Shown here in pieces: positions 36,963 to 48,189 of a stretch of 64,000 nt of DNA (its first letter is position 1; every line of letters starts with the position of its first letter). Origin of the DNA: Alphaproteobacteria bacterium (lineage in GTDB: Bacteria; Pseudomonadota; Alphaproteobacteria; GM7ARS4; G965262615); contig OZ253545.1 in assembly GCA_965262615.1 (NCBI GenBank), positions 1,280,001 to 1,344,000 on the forward strand, read 5' to 3'. Position numbers and translations under genes: made by a program. The notes below the pieces were generated by a model. That model was not told where the DNA came from and did not search any database. It saw only the letters and a program-made list of their open reading frames with translations.

Positions 36963-37100
36963 GAATCATCTCCTTCTATAGGCTTAAAAAAATACTGCTG
37001 AACAATCCGTTCATTCCACAGCAAGATACATGAAAACCAAATCATTGGCAAGAGCTTTTTGTCAAAAAAATAATAGCAAGTTATGAAATCTTTCCGCCAT

Positions 37101-37844
37101 CTATAAACAGCCAGCCACAAAATTACGGAATAACGCGGCGTCTCTCTCGCTCAACAAAAATTCTGGATGCCACTGAACCCCCACACAAAAACGATGGCTC
37201 GGGGATTCTATGCCCTCAATGATGCCATCGGTGGCGCGAGCATTGACAATCAAACCCGTCCCAACTCGCGCAATCGCCTGATGATGAGCCGAATTCACCG
37301 CACATTGATGCACCCCCAACCACTCATCCGCCAAGCGTGTGCCCGCCTCAATCAGCACATCATGAGAGGGGCGACTGCGCGGCGGCGGTTGCTCATGATT
37401 CATCGCCTGCGGCGCATCCATGCCAATATCCTGCAACAAACTGCCCCCAAAAGACACATTAAGAACCTGCGCCCCACCGCATATCCCCAAAACGGGCTTA
37501 TCGCGCCGCAAAATCTCTTTGGTGATTGCCAGCTCAAAATCCGTGCGTTCATGACAAATCCTCATGCCCTCATAACGAATTGTCTCACCATAACACGCGG
37601 GGTCAATATCAAAATCACCCCCGGTGACGAGCAAACCGCTAAGAAGTTCGCCGTAATGAGAAACCAATTCCATATGAGGCAAGAGCAAAATCGGAATTCC
37701 TCCCGCCTTATAAATCGCCTCACCATAAAGCCAAAAAACATGCAATCGCCGCCGTGGCGGCACTCCCGCCTCATCCTCATCCATCGTAATGCCAATTCGC
37801 GCCTTGCGTTTAGTCGTGATGTCAATTCGTGCCTTGCGTTCCAT
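37101..37844 (-). CDS. Peptidase C26 / gamma-glutamyl-gamma-aminobutyrate hydrolase family (class I glutamine amidotransferase)
   Basis: IGIT, TGGDFDIDP, LGICGG nucleophile Cys, VNSAHHQ, GVQWHPE; ATG 37844 preferred over TTG 37880. Confidence 0.9.
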   Translation of the reverse strand: MERKARIDITTKRKARIGITMDEDEAGVPPRRRLHVFWLYGEAIYKAGGIPILLLPHMELVSHYGELLSGLLVTGGDFDIDPACYGETIRYEGMRICHERTDFELAITKEILRRDKPVLGICGGAQVLNVSFGGSLLQDIGMDAPQAMNHEQPPPRSRPSHDVLIEAGTRLADEWLGVHQCAVNSAHHQAIARVGTGLIVNARATDGIIEGIESPSHRFCVGVQWHPEFLLSERDAALFRNFVAGCL

Positions 37845-37880
37845 AGTGAAGATGATACCTTGATTTTTCGGCAAATTCAA

Positions 37881-38402
37881 ATGAAATACTTATCCCCCAT
37901 GCTTAGTGCCATTGAACTGGCGCGCCTTGCCCGTGATTGCGATGAAGTTCCTGTGGGTTGCGTCATTACTGACCCCGATGGCATCATCATCGCATCCGCT
38001 CACAATGAAACCTCCAGCAATGTCTTGCACCATGCCGAAATGCTTGCCATCCAGCGCGCCCTTCGTGCCTCACGGCAAAAACGATTGGACGGACACATTT
38101 TATATGTCACCCTTGAACCCTGCCCACTCTGCGCCGCCGCTATTTCTCTCGCGCACATTCACACATTATATTACGGCGCGCGTGACCTCAAGGCGGGCGC
38201 GGTTGACAGCTGCCAGTGTTATTTTCAGCAAGACTTTTGTCATCACAAGCCGCAAGTCTATGGCGGAATTCACGAGGAAGAATGCGGCGAGCTTTTGACG
38301 CAATTCTTTCAAGACAAGCGTCACGACAAACTTCACGATTTTCGCCAGACCTCGTCTAGTGCGGCGAGGGTCTTGGGCGTTCCCTTGCCAAAATCCTCGT
38401 GA
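37881..38402 (+). CDS. tadA: tRNA adenosine(34) deaminase / nucleoside deaminase
   Basis: EVPVGC, HAE, LYVTLEPCPLC; likely start ATG 37881 inside the longer ORF from 37167. Confidence 0.88.
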   Translation: MKYLSPMLSAIELARLARDCDEVPVGCVITDPDGIIIASAHNETSSNVLHHAEMLAIQRALRASRQKRLDGHILYVTLEPCPLCAAAISLAHIHTLYYGARDLKAGAVDSCQCYFQQDFCHHKPQVYGGIHEEECGELLTQFFQDKRHDKLHDFRQTSSSAARVLGVPLPKSS

Positions 38403-39046
38403 GCACCGCCGATCATCATAAAATGACGCTGAAACGCCCGCAAGGATGCCGTCATGTTTTTTGTGTCATAGCCGATTTTCTGAATGTAAAAACGCCAGTC
38501 ATGCTTATAGCGAACCGCATCCACCGACGGCATGATGCCCAATCCCTCGCGCGCCAGCACCCGCCAATCAAAATGCTCGCCCGGATCTTTCTTGCGCAGC
38601 GGCGCGATGTCACTGTGAGCCAAAATCCGCCGAGCATCCATGTTCCAGCGCGACACGATGTCATGACACAAGGACACCACGCTCTCCATCTGCTGTCCGC
38701 TAAAAATACCATCCCCGCCATGTGTCAATTCAATGCCTATTGAGCAATCATTCACATTACGCACCCCGCGCCAATAAGACTCACCCCCATGCCACGCACA
38801 GTGTTCCTCATCCACCAAGCCGCAAACCGTGCCGTCCTTCGTGATGACATAGTGCGCGCTGACTTTATTTTTGTTCAAAGTGGTCACCTTGCCCTCATGA
38901 TGAAATGGCTTGTCACACAGCAAATTAATAGAATCCTGCTCCGTATCCATACTAATAGAATGGATAATCACCATGCGAGGAACAGCACCATCACGCCTAT
39001 CGCTGAAATGAGGCGAACGGTGGGTGTGGTCAATAACTGTCATCAT
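38333..39046 (-). CDS. N-acetylmuramoyl-L-alanine amidase (Amidase_2, AmiD/AmpD-like)
   Basis: VIIHS, VSAHYVI, AWHGG, NDCSIGIEL, HSDIAPLRKKDPG, C-terminal AFQRHF peptidoglycan-binding motif. Confidence 0.92.
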   Translation of the reverse strand: MMTVIDHTHRSPHFSDRRDGAVPRMVIIHSISMDTEQDSINLLCDKPFHHEGKVTTLNKNKVSAHYVITKDGTVCGLVDEEHCAWHGGESYWRGVRNVNDCSIGIELTHGGDGIFSGQQMESVVSLCHDIVSRWNMDARRILAHSDIAPLRKKDPGEHFDWRVLAREGLGIMPSVDAVRYKHDWRFYIQKIGYDTKNMTASLRAFQRHFMMIGGAHEDFGKGTPKTLAALDEVWRKS

Positions 39047-39069
39047 GGCTTTAACATTTGATATCTATT

Positions 39070-39078
39070 TGTTATAGT
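39070..39078 (+). promoter_or_regulatory. Putative extended -10 element (TGnTATAGT) for the zapA operon
   Basis: TGTTATAGT in an AT-rich 53-bp divergent intergenic gap. Confidence 0.35.
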
Positions 39079-39099
39079 CATTAATGATACGGTGCAATA

Positions 39100-39303
39100 G
39101 TGACAATGGAACAAAATCATAACGCTTGGCAGGATATTCACGCCTCCCTCAACACGCTGGAGGCGGCAATTCACAATGCGCAAAAATCAAAACACAATGA
39201 TGCCCACAAACAGCAACTGCTCAAACAAATTGATTCCACCATCGCCGCACTGGAGAAACTAATGGAGCGACTTCATGGGAACGGTCAAGGTCACGGTCAA
39301 TAA
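39100..39303 (+). CDS. Small coiled-coil protein upstream of zapA (DUF4164-like position)
   Basis: Helical heptads; a small gene usually sits before zapA in Alphaproteobacteria. Confidence 0.6.
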   Translation: MTMEQNHNAWQDIHASLNTLEAAIHNAQKSKHNDAHKQQLLKQIDSTIAALEKLMERLHGNGQGHGQ

Positions 39304-39565
39304 TGAATCCTACAGCATCGCCTGTGGGGATGGTCAAGAGGCGCGTCTGGAGCGTCTGGCGTTGCGTCTGCAGGCGCGCATTGAAGCACTGGCGGGACAA
39401 TTCTCACACGCCGATGACACCCATCTGCTCATCCTCGCCGCCCTCATGCTCATGGATGAAGCCGAACAACGACAAAAACAAGATGACCTCGCCTCACACG
39501 CCTCCGAAGAAATTGCCAAACTAAAGCAGCGGATTGATTCCATCATCCAAAAGATTCCCTCATAA
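39275..39565 (+). CDS. zapA: Cell division protein ZapA
   Basis: VKVTVNNESYSIACGDGQEARL and LLILAALMLMDE. Confidence 0.92.
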   Translation: MGTVKVTVNNESYSIACGDGQEARLERLALRLQARIEALAGQFSHADDTHLLILAALMLMDEAEQRQKQDDLASHASEEIAKLKQRIDSIIQKIPS

Positions 39566-40217
39566 AACCGCCGCCCGTGACTTTTTTCGCGCGAGACGGG
39601 CGCGTCTTGGAGCGCGCGCCTACGGTCGCCTGACTCATCTCACGCAAGGGGACGCGTGTGTGCGTCTGATGAACGCCCTCATGCCACGCGCCCCAAGAGG
39701 CATCGTGGTGAGCTTCTATCATGCCAGCAAGGGCGAATGTGATGTCAGTGCCGTGGCAAGCCATCTGCGCAAACGAGGCTACCGTCTTGCCCTGCCCGTG
39801 ATTGTTGCCCGCAATGCCCCTTTGGCATTTCGTCATGACAACAATGCCATCGCCGCAAAACTGGGAGCATACAATATTCCCGTGCCGCCGCCATTCATGA
39901 GATGGCAACAGCCGCGCATTTTTCTCGTGCCATTGCTCGCCTTTGATGACAAAAACAGACGGCTGGGCTACGGCGGCGGCTACTATGATCGCACCCTCAA
40001 TTTGACACAACGCCGCCACACCCTTGCCATCGGCATCGCTTTTGCTCAGCAACACGCTCGCCAATTGCCTCATGCTCCCTATGACGAAGGACTTGACGCA
40101 ATCCTCACTTGTCGTGCTACAATCATTGTGCAAAGGAGGTTTTCATGGAATCATCGTCCCCGCATCATTCATCACACACGGCGGCAAGCCATCATAAAAA
40201 AAGCGCGCGCTCGGTAA
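39534..40217 (+). CDS. ygfA: 5-formyltetrahydrofolate cyclo-ligase
   Basis: LVPLLAFD...RLGYGGGYYDR, LPHAPYD; TTG start uncertain. Confidence 0.9.
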   Translation: MIPSSKRFPHKTAARDFFRARRARLGARAYGRLTHLTQGDACVRLMNALMPRAPRGIVVSFYHASKGECDVSAVASHLRKRGYRLALPVIVARNAPLAFRHDNNAIAAKLGAYNIPVPPPFMRWQQPRIFLVPLLAFDDKNRRLGYGGGYYDRTLNLTQRRHTLAIGIAFAQQHARQLPHAPYDEGLDAILTCRATIIVQRRFSWNHRPRIIHHTRRQAIIKKARAR

Positions 40218-41524
40218 GCACCATCGCACTGGTGCTGTTTGCCTGTGTGCTGATTGTTCCCGTCTTGTCCATCTCCGATTTGTCCCACACCACTCCTGCC
40301 AATGCGCCGGCGCGCACCGTTCAAGACACCCACAACAATCAGACACCCACGCAAAACAAAGCCACCGCGGTTGCCATCATTGATGACACCACACAATCGG
40401 TGACCAAAAAAATCCCCCTGCAAGATAAAAACATCTATGTGTTTTTGAGTCGTCATGGTTTTGATCGCCACCACGCTCATCATTTGGTCAATCGGCTGCG
40501 TCCCTTTGTGTCGCCCATGCAGTTTCACAAAATATCTCACGCCTCGTTTGTCTATCACCCCGACACCCTGACACATCCTCTGCCCATTCAACTCAATTTA
40601 CGCACCAAAGACGGACACCTCATCACGGCGACTCAATACAGTGATGCCTCCTATCGCGTGCGCCAAGAACAATTGCAGAAAAATCCTGTGGTGACCCTCA
40701 AGGTGGAAGGCGTGATTCGTCATCCTTTGGCTCGCAGTCTTGCCATTGCGGGCGTTCCCGCCGATGTGGCTCGGCAGGTCATCAAGGCTCTGTCGTTCTC
40801 GGTGGATTTGCAACGAGAAATTCGAAGAGGAGACACTTTTCAAATCATGTATGAGATTATTCGTGACCCCCACCATCACACCATCACCGATTATCGCCTG
40901 CTGACGCTTCGCATGAACTACTACGGCAAAAGACGCACCCTTGCCATCTATCGCTCGGTCACCGACGAATCTCATATGCCTTTTTATCATGCCTCGGGCG
41001 CATCGGTGGCGACCTCACTGCTGAAGACTCCCGTGGATGGCGCGTTTTTGACCTCTGGCTTTGGAGAGCGCAAAGATCCGTTTTCTGGCTACACCCGTCA
41101 TCACAAGGGCACGGATTTTGGCGCCCCGAAAGGAACGCCCATCTATGCCGCAGGCGATGGCATCGTGCAAAAAATGGCAACGGTGGAAGATGGCTATGGC
41201 AACTATGTCACCATTCGCCATGACGCACGCTATCGCAGCCTCTATGCTCATATGTCTGCCTTTGCCAAAAACATCAAACCCGGTAGCCATGTCAAACAAG
41301 GAGACATCATCGGCTATGTGGGAACAACGGGATATTCCACAGGCAACCACCTTCATTACGAAGTCCTCGTCAATGGCAACCACATCAATTCGCAAGAAAT
41401 GGTTCTGCCCAGTGCCCGCTATATCACAGGAACAGAACTCATGGAGTTTCGCTCATTGGTCCGATGGTATGAAAAAATCTACTCCGAGCTGCCCACTTTT
41501 CAATTTGCCTCACGCCATCCCTAA
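40145..41524 (+). CDS. M23 family peptidoglycan endopeptidase (MepM-like)
   Basis: AAGGAGG RBS before ATG 40145; N-terminal TM segment; HKGTDFGAP, YAHM, STGNHLHYE. Confidence 0.92.
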   Translation: MESSSPHHSSHTAASHHKKSARSVSTIALVLFACVLIVPVLSISDLSHTTPANAPARTVQDTHNNQTPTQNKATAVAIIDDTTQSVTKKIPLQDKNIYVFLSRHGFDRHHAHHLVNRLRPFVSPMQFHKISHASFVYHPDTLTHPLPIQLNLRTKDGHLITATQYSDASYRVRQEQLQKNPVVTLKVEGVIRHPLARSLAIAGVPADVARQVIKALSFSVDLQREIRRGDTFQIMYEIIRDPHHHTITDYRLLTLRMNYYGKRRTLAIYRSVTDESHMPFYHASGASVATSLLKTPVDGAFLTSGFGERKDPFSGYTRHHKGTDFGAPKGTPIYAAGDGIVQKMATVEDGYGNYVTIRHDARYRSLYAHMSAFAKNIKPGSHVKQGDIIGYVGTTGYSTGNHLHYEVLVNGNHINSQEMVLPSARYITGTELMEFRSLVRWYEKIYSELPTFQFASRHP

Positions 41525-44040
41525 GCGACACGATGACACAGTGCGTCATTTTTGACACTGAATGTAATTCTCTGTCCCTCTTGCAAAGTCTCATCCAAAA
41601 TTGCGTCAGCGATTTCGTTGTCCACCGTATCCTGTAGCAATCGGCGCAATGGACGCGCGCCAAAGGCAACATCGTATCCCTGACGCGCCAGCCACGCCCG
41701 AGCCTTGTCATCCATTTGCAAATCAATGCCCCGTTGGCTGAGCAACGCCTGCCGCTCCCGCCACTGAATGTCCACAATGGCAGACAGAGACTCTTGAGAC
41801 AACGGATTGAAAATCACCGTCTCATCAATGCGATTGAGCAGTTCGGGACGCAGAAAACGCCGCACCTCATTCATCACCGCGTCGCGCATTTCTTTTGGCG
41901 AGGATGCCTGCAGAATTTGCTCACTGGCAATGTTGGAGGTCATGATGACCACCGTGTGTTTGAAATCCACCGTGCGCCCCTGTCCATCGGTGAGCCTGCC
42001 GTCATCCAGCAGCTGCAGCAGAATGTTAAAGACATCATGATGAGCCTTCTCCAACTCATCCAGCAAAATGACCTGATAGGGACGGCGGCGCACGGCTTCG
42101 GTCAACGCGCCCCCCTGCTCATATCCCACATATCCGGGGGGTGCGCCGATGAGTCGCGCCACCGCGTGTCGCTCCATGTATTCCGACATGTCCACGCGCA
42201 GCAGTGCCTGCGGGTCATCAAAAAGGAACTCAGCCAGTGCCTTGCTGAGTTCGGTCTTGCCCACGCCCGTGGGACCCAGAAACAAAAAAGAGCCAATGGG
42301 ACGCTCGTCCTGCTTGAGCCCCGCCCGTGAGCGTTTGATGGCATGAGCCACCGCCGTCACCGCCGTCTGCTGCCCCACCACGCGCTCCCGCAAAAATTCC
42401 TCCACCGCCAGCCATTTGTCCTTGTCCGTGCCCACCAGCTTTTCCAAAGGAATTCCCGTCCAGCGGGTGACAATGGCGGCGACATCCTCCGCACTCACCT
42501 CATGAGACAAAGAATGGCTTTGATTCTTGCCCTCTTGCCACGATGCCAGTTTTTTCTCCAGCGATGGAATGGTGTCATGCTGAATTTGACCAGCCGTGGC
42601 GTAGTCACCGTCCTTGTGGGCGCGTTCAAAGTCGGCTTTGGCTTTTTCCAATTGTTTTTGCAAGGAGCGAATGTCCTCAAGGGTTTTTTTGTCGGCAAGC
42701 CATTGTTGTTCGTGACTGTGAGCCTCCTTTTGCAGCTGTGCCAATTCTTTCTGTAAATCGGCGAGGCGTTTTTGTGATTTTTGATCGCTTTCGTTTTTGA
42801 GTCCCGCCTCTTCAATTTTCAGCTGGGTGATGCGCCTGTCCATGGCATCAAGGTGGTCTGGTTTTGACTCTGCCTGCACCGCCAAGCGGGCGGCGGCTTC
42901 GTCCATCAAATCAATGGCTTTGTCTGGCAGAAAACGCCCGCTGATATGACGCGCCGACAACTCCACCGCCGCCACCACCGCCCCATCACTGATTCTCATG
43001 CCGTGATGCAATTCGTATGTCTCCTTGAGACCGCGCAAAATGGAAATGCTGTCCTCAATGGATGGCTCACCCACAAACAATGGCTGAAAGCGGCGCGCGA
43101 GCGCGGCGTCCTTTTCAATGTGCTGACGGTATTCATCCAGTGTGGTCGCCCCAATGCAATGCAGAGAGCCGCGCGCGAGCGCCGGCTTCACCATGTTGGA
43201 GGCATCCAGTGCGCCCTCACTTGCTCCTGCTCCCACCAGCGTGTGCAATTCGTCAATGAACAAAATAATGCACCCCGTCTCTTGTTCCACCTCCTTGAGC
43301 ACAGCCTTCAGTCGCTCTTCAAACTCGCCTCTGTATTTTGCTCCCGCGAGCAAGGACGCCAAATCCAATGCCAGAAGCTGTTTGTCTTTGAGTCCATCGG
43401 GAACATCGCTCGTGGCAATGCGCCGCGCCAATCCTTCCACAATGGCGGTTTTGCCCACCCCTGGCTCTCCGATGAGAACCGGATTGTTCTTGGTGCGGCG
43501 AGCCAGAATTTGAATCATGCGGCGCACCTCATCCTCTCTGCCGATGACGGGATCAATGTCATCACGGGCGGCTTTTTGCGTCACATTCATTGTGTAGCGT
43601 GCCAGCGCACTGGTGTCATTATTATTGTTGTTGGCAGCACCGGACACCGCTTGAGCTAATTTCTCTTTTTGCAAGCCCGCCTTTTGTGCAAGAGGGACAA
43701 TCTCTCGTTGCTGCATCAATGCCACCACCAAAGCATCACCGCCCACCGATGATGACGATTGACTGTCTTGAGCGCGCACCAACACCTCCTGCATGGCGCG
43801 CCCCATCGTCAGTTGCCCCCCTTCCACCTGAGGAATGGTCGCTAAGCTCTGGTCAAGTTCCTGTTTGAATGTGGCAAGAGACACGCCCCCTTGGGTGAGC
43901 CACTGAGCGGCACTCTCATCCTCCACCACCGCCTTGCCCAAGTGCAAAGGGGTGATTTCCTGATGACTCAAGCGAATAGCATGACGATGAGATGATTCAA
44001 CCAAACTGCGCGCATGAGGCGTTAATTGATCCAGTATCAT
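41521..44040 (-). CDS. clpB: Chaperone ClpB
   Basis: Two AAA+ modules ([16 protein letters not shown]), [20 protein letters not shown], coiled-coil M domain. Confidence 0.96.
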   Translation of the reverse strand: MILDQLTPHARSLVESSHRHAIRLSHQEITPLHLGKAVVEDESAAQWLTQGGVSLATFKQELDQSLATIPQVEGGQLTMGRAMQEVLVRAQDSQSSSSVGGDALVVALMQQREIVPLAQKAGLQKEKLAQAVSGAANNNNNDTSALARYTMNVTQKAARDDIDPVIGREDEVRRMIQILARRTKNNPVLIGEPGVGKTAIVEGLARRIATSDVPDGLKDKQLLALDLASLLAGAKYRGEFEERLKAVLKEVEQETGCIILFIDELHTLVGAGASEGALDASNMVKPALARGSLHCIGATTLDEYRQHIEKDAALARRFQPLFVGEPSIEDSISILRGLKETYELHHGMRISDGAVVAAVELSARHISGRFLPDKAIDLMDEAAARLAVQAESKPDHLDAMDRRITQLKIEEAGLKNESDQKSQKRLADLQKELAQLQKEAHSHEQQWLADKKTLEDIRSLQKQLEKAKADFERAHKDGDYATAGQIQHDTIPSLEKKLASWQEGKNQSHSLSHEVSAEDVAAIVTRWTGIPLEKLVGTDKDKWLAVEEFLRERVVGQQTAVTAVAHAIKRSRAGLKQDERPIGSFLFLGPTGVGKTELSKALAEFLFDDPQALLRVDMSEYMERHAVARLIGAPPGYVGYEQGGALTEAVRRRPYQVILLDELEKAHHDVFNILLQLLDDGRLTDGQGRTVDFKHTVVIMTSNIASEQILQASSPKEMRDAVMNEVRRFLRPELLNRIDETVIFNPLSQESLSAIVDIQWRERQALLSQRGIDLQMDDKARAWLARQGYDVAFGARPLRRLLQDTVDNEIADAILDETLQEGQRITFSVKNDALCHRVA

Positions 44041-44109
44041 GGTCAATCATATAATTCATCTGTGAAAAGAGACAAGGAAAAAGAGACAAGGCTCTCCAAT
44101 TTTGCGTTC

Positions 44110-44511
44110 TTAAAACACGGATCCCGGTCGCACCACTGGCGAAGCCCCTCCTGTCCCTCCTGTTCCATTGCGTCCGTCCCTTGAGGGTTGTTCGTCCCTC
44201 GTGGCTTCTCTTCTCTCATCTCTTATGTCTTGAGGCTGTGCGCCGTGTTGCTGCTGATTGTTCATGGTCTCATTGATATGATTGACCATGCGCTGATAGT
44301 GTTCGGCATACTGCAACAAATACTCCACCATCACCCGATCGCCCGATGCGCGCGCATCACGCGCTTGGCTCAGATAATGATCCAAAATATGCTTGTAGTT
44401 GCCTCTGACTTTGCCATTGGGCCCATGACTCTCCGCCGAGCGATGAGAATTGCCGCCCGAACGGCGAGCATGATGGCTGCGCGATGAGCGCATAAAACGA
44501 GGAGGGGTCAT
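44110..44511 (-). CDS. DUF4167-like protein
   Basis: ESHGPNGKVRG...YLSQARDA...GDRV..EY.LQYAEHYQR; lies between prmC and clpB; AGGAG RBS before ATG 44511. Confidence 0.8.
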   Translation of the reverse strand: MTPPRFMRSSRSHHARRSGGNSHRSAESHGPNGKVRGNYKHILDHYLSQARDARASGDRVMVEYLLQYAEHYQRMVNHINETMNNQQQHGAQPQDIRDERREATRDEQPSRDGRNGTGGTGGASPVVRPGSVF

Positions 44512-44587
44512 GACGGCTCCTTTTGGTGCTGTTGGTTTTCTTCTTGCATGGCAAGTGTTCCAAACATTCCACATCAATGGTCAAAAA

Positions 44588-45439
44588 TCAAGGGCTTCTC
44601 ACAACAAAAGCAAGAGCCCGTTCAATGCCGTGAATGTCCTTTTTTGTGGCACAATGATGAAAATCGTGCCGCCGTGCCAGCATCATCACATCATGCGCCA
44701 TGCTCGCGCCAACCTCCACAATCAACCAGTGACAGGCTAATCCCTTTAATGATGCGAACAGTCCCTCATAACAGCGCAATCCATCTTCCCCGCCGTGCAG
44801 TGCCAGCAATGGGTCATGCGTCAATTCCTTTGGCATGGCGGCGCATTGGTCTGATGTCACATAGGGCGGGTTGGCAATCACCACATCCACCGCTCCTCGC
44901 CAGCCGTGAGCCCAATCACCACGCACCAGATGAACCCGTGACGACAATCCCAAGTGACGCATATTGGTGTCAGCCACCCGCAAACACGCCATAGAACAAT
45001 CCACCCCCACGCCTCGCGCCTCGCCATAATGAGACAACAATGCCGCGAGCAAGCATCCAGAACCGCACCCCATGTCCACAATATAGCGCGGCGTGTGGGC
45101 GGCATCTTTCATCAATTCAATGGCGAGTTCAATGAGCGTCTCGCTCTCGGGGCGCGGGTCTAGCACGGTGTCATCAATAAAAAATGGCAGTGACCAAAAT
45201 TCCCGTTCCCCCGCCAGCCGCGCCACCACGCGGCCCTCAAGACGAGATGCCACCATGTCATGAAAACGTTGTTGCTCAATGGAAGACAAGACGGCATCAT
45301 CATCTTTAATCCACATTTTTGCCTCATCACATTTCAAAACTATTGCCATGATGCGGCGCGCCTCTCGGCGCGCCCCCTCAATGCCGTGAGCGCGCAACAA
45401 TGCCGCCGCCTCATCACACAGGACAGACAGACGATTCAT
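44588..45439 (-). CDS. prmC: Release factor glutamine methyltransferase
   Basis: [21 protein letters not shown]; follows prfA. Confidence 0.93.
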   Translation of the reverse strand: MNRLSVLCDEAAALLRAHGIEGARREARRIMAIVLKCDEAKMWIKDDDAVLSSIEQQRFHDMVASRLEGRVVARLAGEREFWSLPFFIDDTVLDPRPESETLIELAIELMKDAAHTPRYIVDMGCGSGCLLAALLSHYGEARGVGVDCSMACLRVADTNMRHLGLSSRVHLVRGDWAHGWRGAVDVVIANPPYVTSDQCAAMPKELTHDPLLALHGGEDGLRCYEGLFASLKGLACHWLIVEVGASMAHDVMMLARRHDFHHCATKKDIHGIERALAFVVRSP

Positions 45440-46455
45440 GACGCGTGGTTCTTCAGCCGATTCATGATGTTTTCCAATCCTTCACCCTCAAGGATTTTAT
45501 CCAGCTGGCGCATGGTCAAACCGATGCGGTGGTCGGTCACGCGATTTTGCGGAAAATTATAGGTGCGAATACGCTCACTGCGGTCGCCCGAGCCGATTTG
45601 CGTCATGCGTTGTTCAGAGCGCGCCGCCGCCTCCTGTTGTTGCTGGCGGTCAAACAGACGCGCCCGCAACACCTTCAGTGCCCGAGCCTTGTTGCGATGC
45701 TGTGATTTTTCATCCTGACACTGCACCACCAGCCCCGTCGGCAAATGAGTCACCCGCACCGCACTATCGGTCTTATTGACCGACTGTCCCCCTGGTCCCG
45801 ATGCGCGATAGGTGTCAATGCGTAATTCTTGTGGGTCAATGGCGATGTCACTCTCTTGAGCTTCGGGCAGCACCGCCACCGTCGCCGCCGATGTATGAAT
45901 GCGCCCCGATGACTCCGTCTTGGGAACACGCTGCACCCGATGAGTGCCACTCTCATGACACATATGGGCAAACACATCCGCTCCCTTGAGCAGCATCACC
46001 ACCTCACGAATGCCCTGATTTTCCGTATCCTGCAATGACAACACCTCAGTGCGCCATCCTCGCCGCGCCGCAAATCGCTGATACATTCTGTATAAATCCG
46101 CCGCAAACAGTGCCGCCTCCTCGCCTCCCGTGCCGGCGCGTATCTCCACAATCACATTGCGCAAATTGTAATGATGCGATTGCTTTTGTTGTTCTTGCCA
46201 TTTTTGTTCCAATTTTTCGCGCTGCTTGGTGATTGTCTTTTTTTCCTCTGTCATTTCTAATTCTTCGGCGGCGGCGATGTCATCGCTCAGATGCTCCCAT
46301 TGCGAGACAAAATCCACAGCATCCTTGATGTCAGCCATTTCTTTGGCGACCGAGCCATCGCCTCGTTGCAACGCCTCATTGATCTCCTGCCAGCGTTGCT
46401 TGATGCCATCACGCCACGCCTCGTCAGACAGCGATGCCCCCTTGTCATCACTCAT
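45436..46455 (-). CDS. prfA: Peptide chain release factor 1
   Basis: [17 protein letters not shown] (PxT), [15 protein letters not shown]; ATG 46455 overlaps the hemA stop. Confidence 0.95.
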   Translation of the reverse strand: MSDDKGASLSDEAWRDGIKQRWQEINEALQRGDGSVAKEMADIKDAVDFVSQWEHLSDDIAAAEELEMTEEKKTITKQREKLEQKWQEQQKQSHHYNLRNVIVEIRAGTGGEEAALFAADLYRMYQRFAARRGWRTEVLSLQDTENQGIREVVMLLKGADVFAHMCHESGTHRVQRVPKTESSGRIHTSAATVAVLPEAQESDIAIDPQELRIDTYRASGPGGQSVNKTDSAVRVTHLPTGLVVQCQDEKSQHRNKARALKVLRARLFDRQQQQEAAARSEQRMTQIGSGDRSERIRTYNFPQNRVTDHRIGLTMRQLDKILEGEGLENIMNRLKNHAS

Positions 46456-47683
46456 TGATGTCACCCTTGATGTCACCCTCTTGGTCTTGCAGAAATAAAA
46501 ACTTAATCAACTTTCGCGCCTCGCCGCCGCGTCCCTTGGATTCCAACGCCCGCAGTTGTTTCAGAGGATGCCGCAGAAACTGCTCCACCGCCGCCTCCGT
46601 GCCATACCCATTACGCAACGACTGCCAATGAGACCACAACAATGAATCCGCCGTCACCACAGGCTCTGGTGGCTCATCGGCTAAAAAATCATGCACCGCC
46701 TCGCGCGCCAGCTGTCGCCCTTGCGTCAACCATTGACTGGTCTCACTGCCGTGCAGCAATCGCTCTTCCAAATCGCTCAAGTCACACACATAGACACCAT
46801 CCACATCGTATGCCGAAGGGTCAATTGAAGACGGCACGGTCATATCCATCATCAGCAAAGGACGACCGCGCCGATGACGCATCACCTGACGCAATAAATG
46901 GTCATCCAACACAAAAGAATCTCCCCCGCGCAAAGATGACAGCAACACGACATCCGCCGAATGCAAGCTTGAGCCCCACGAATCAAACGGAACAGCGCGC
47001 CCATTGGTGCGGCGCACATAGGATTCCGCCACACCCCCATCGTAACTGGCAAGGGTGACATCCTGTGCGCGCGTGCCAATCCGCTCCCCAATGAGCAGTG
47101 CCAGCGGACTGCTCTCCAGCAACAACACATTGAGCTTTTCATCCGTTCCATGCACCTCGTCAATAATGGTCACCGCCGCCTTCGCCAACGATGACGGATG
47201 CTTGCCAAACTTCGCATTATGATGCCATGACGCACCAAACGCCAACGCATAATCAATCATGGAGGCAAGAGGCTCTTGCAGCGCATCGCTCATGCGGGCG
47301 AGCTGAACGCCATCTTGCAGTGCAATCGTCACCGCATCATCGCCCATCACCAGTGACTCCAGACCCGCCGCCATGGAAAACAAATGATACAACGCCTCGC
47401 GTCCCCACAGCGCAAAAATTCCCTCATCACGCATGGAATCCTGACGCACCAACAACGCCATCAAGCGCATCCGCAAATTCATCTGGTCACACGCCGTCTC
47501 AGCCGATGACAGCATGACGATGCAATCATCCGCGACCACCGGCACAAGAGGCAATAAATCGGCTTTGCGAGCCTCCTCAATCAGCCACGCCCCATCCGCA
47601 CCCAACGGCAACATGCGTCTGCGCATCGCCGCCGTGCTGGAGCGATGATTCGCCCCCACCACCAACAAGGATGATTTACTCAT
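46448..47683 (-). CDS. hemA: Glutamyl-tRNA reductase homologue with degenerate catalytic motifs
   Basis: [41 protein letters not shown]; upstream of prfA-prmC; the TCNR and GAGEM motifs are absent. Confidence 0.75.
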   Translation of the reverse strand: MSKSSLLVVGANHRSSTAAMRRRMLPLGADGAWLIEEARKADLLPLVPVVADDCIVMLSSAETACDQMNLRMRLMALLVRQDSMRDEGIFALWGREALYHLFSMAAGLESLVMGDDAVTIALQDGVQLARMSDALQEPLASMIDYALAFGASWHHNAKFGKHPSSLAKAAVTIIDEVHGTDEKLNVLLLESSPLALLIGERIGTRAQDVTLASYDGGVAESYVRRTNGRAVPFDSWGSSLHSADVVLLSSLRGGDSFVLDDHLLRQVMRHRRGRPLLMMDMTVPSSIDPSAYDVDGVYVCDLSDLEERLLHGSETSQWLTQGRQLAREAVHDFLADEPPEPVVTADSLLWSHWQSLRNGYGTEAAVEQFLRHPLKQLRALESKGRGGEARKLIKFLFLQDQEGDIKGDINE

Positions 47684-48189
47684 TGCGATTACCCAACAGT
47701 GCCGCCAATGAATCCGTCACTTGCGAGAATGGCACAAGCTGTTGTTCTCCCGTCTTGAAGTCACGCCATGTGACGCTATCGTCACGCAGTTCATCCTCTC
47801 CCATGATGGCAACACACCGCACCCCTTGTTTATGAGCTTTTGTCAATCGCTTTGCCAAAGAGGCGCGCTCTTCCACAATGACGCGACAAAGACCCGTCTT
47901 CATGCGTCTTCGCATCGCCGCCGTGCTGGAGCGATGATTCGCCCCCACCACCAACAAAGATGATTTATTCATTGCGATTACCCAACAGTGCCGCCAATGA
48001 ATCCGTCACTTGCGAGAATGGCACAAGCTGTTGTTCTCCCGTCTTGAAGTCACGCCATGTGACGCTATCGTCACGCAGTTCATCCTCTCCCATGATGGCA
48101 ACACAACGCACACCTTGTTTGTGAGCTTTTGTGAGTCGCTTTGCCAAAGAGGCGCGCTCTTCCACAATGACGCGACAAAGACCCGTCTT
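47612..48189. repeat. 289-bp tandem duplication of the hisS 3' end / hemA 5' end junction
   Basis: 47612-47900 versus 47901-48189; 8 substitutions counted by eye. Confidence 0.95.
47676..47972 (-). CDS. Chimeric 98-aa ORF: HemA residues 1-24 fused to the last 74 aa of HisS
   Basis: [24 protein letters not shown] + KTGLCRV...GNRNE; created by the duplication and coupled to both neighbours by 8-nt overlaps. Confidence 0.5.
   Translation of the reverse strand: MNKSSLLVVGANHRSSTAAMRRRMKTGLCRVIVEERASLAKRLTKAHKQGVRCVAIMGEDELRDDSVTWRDFKTGEQQLVPFSQVTDSLAALLGNRNE

Noticed and set aside
37040-37065. TTGACA upstream of the 5,839-aa gene (minus strand)
   Set aside because: No convincing -10 element at 16-18 nt spacing.
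37167-37880. Long N-terminal extension of the tadA ORF (411 aa)
   Set aside because: Antisense to the C26 hydrolase; deaminase similarity starts at ATG 37881.
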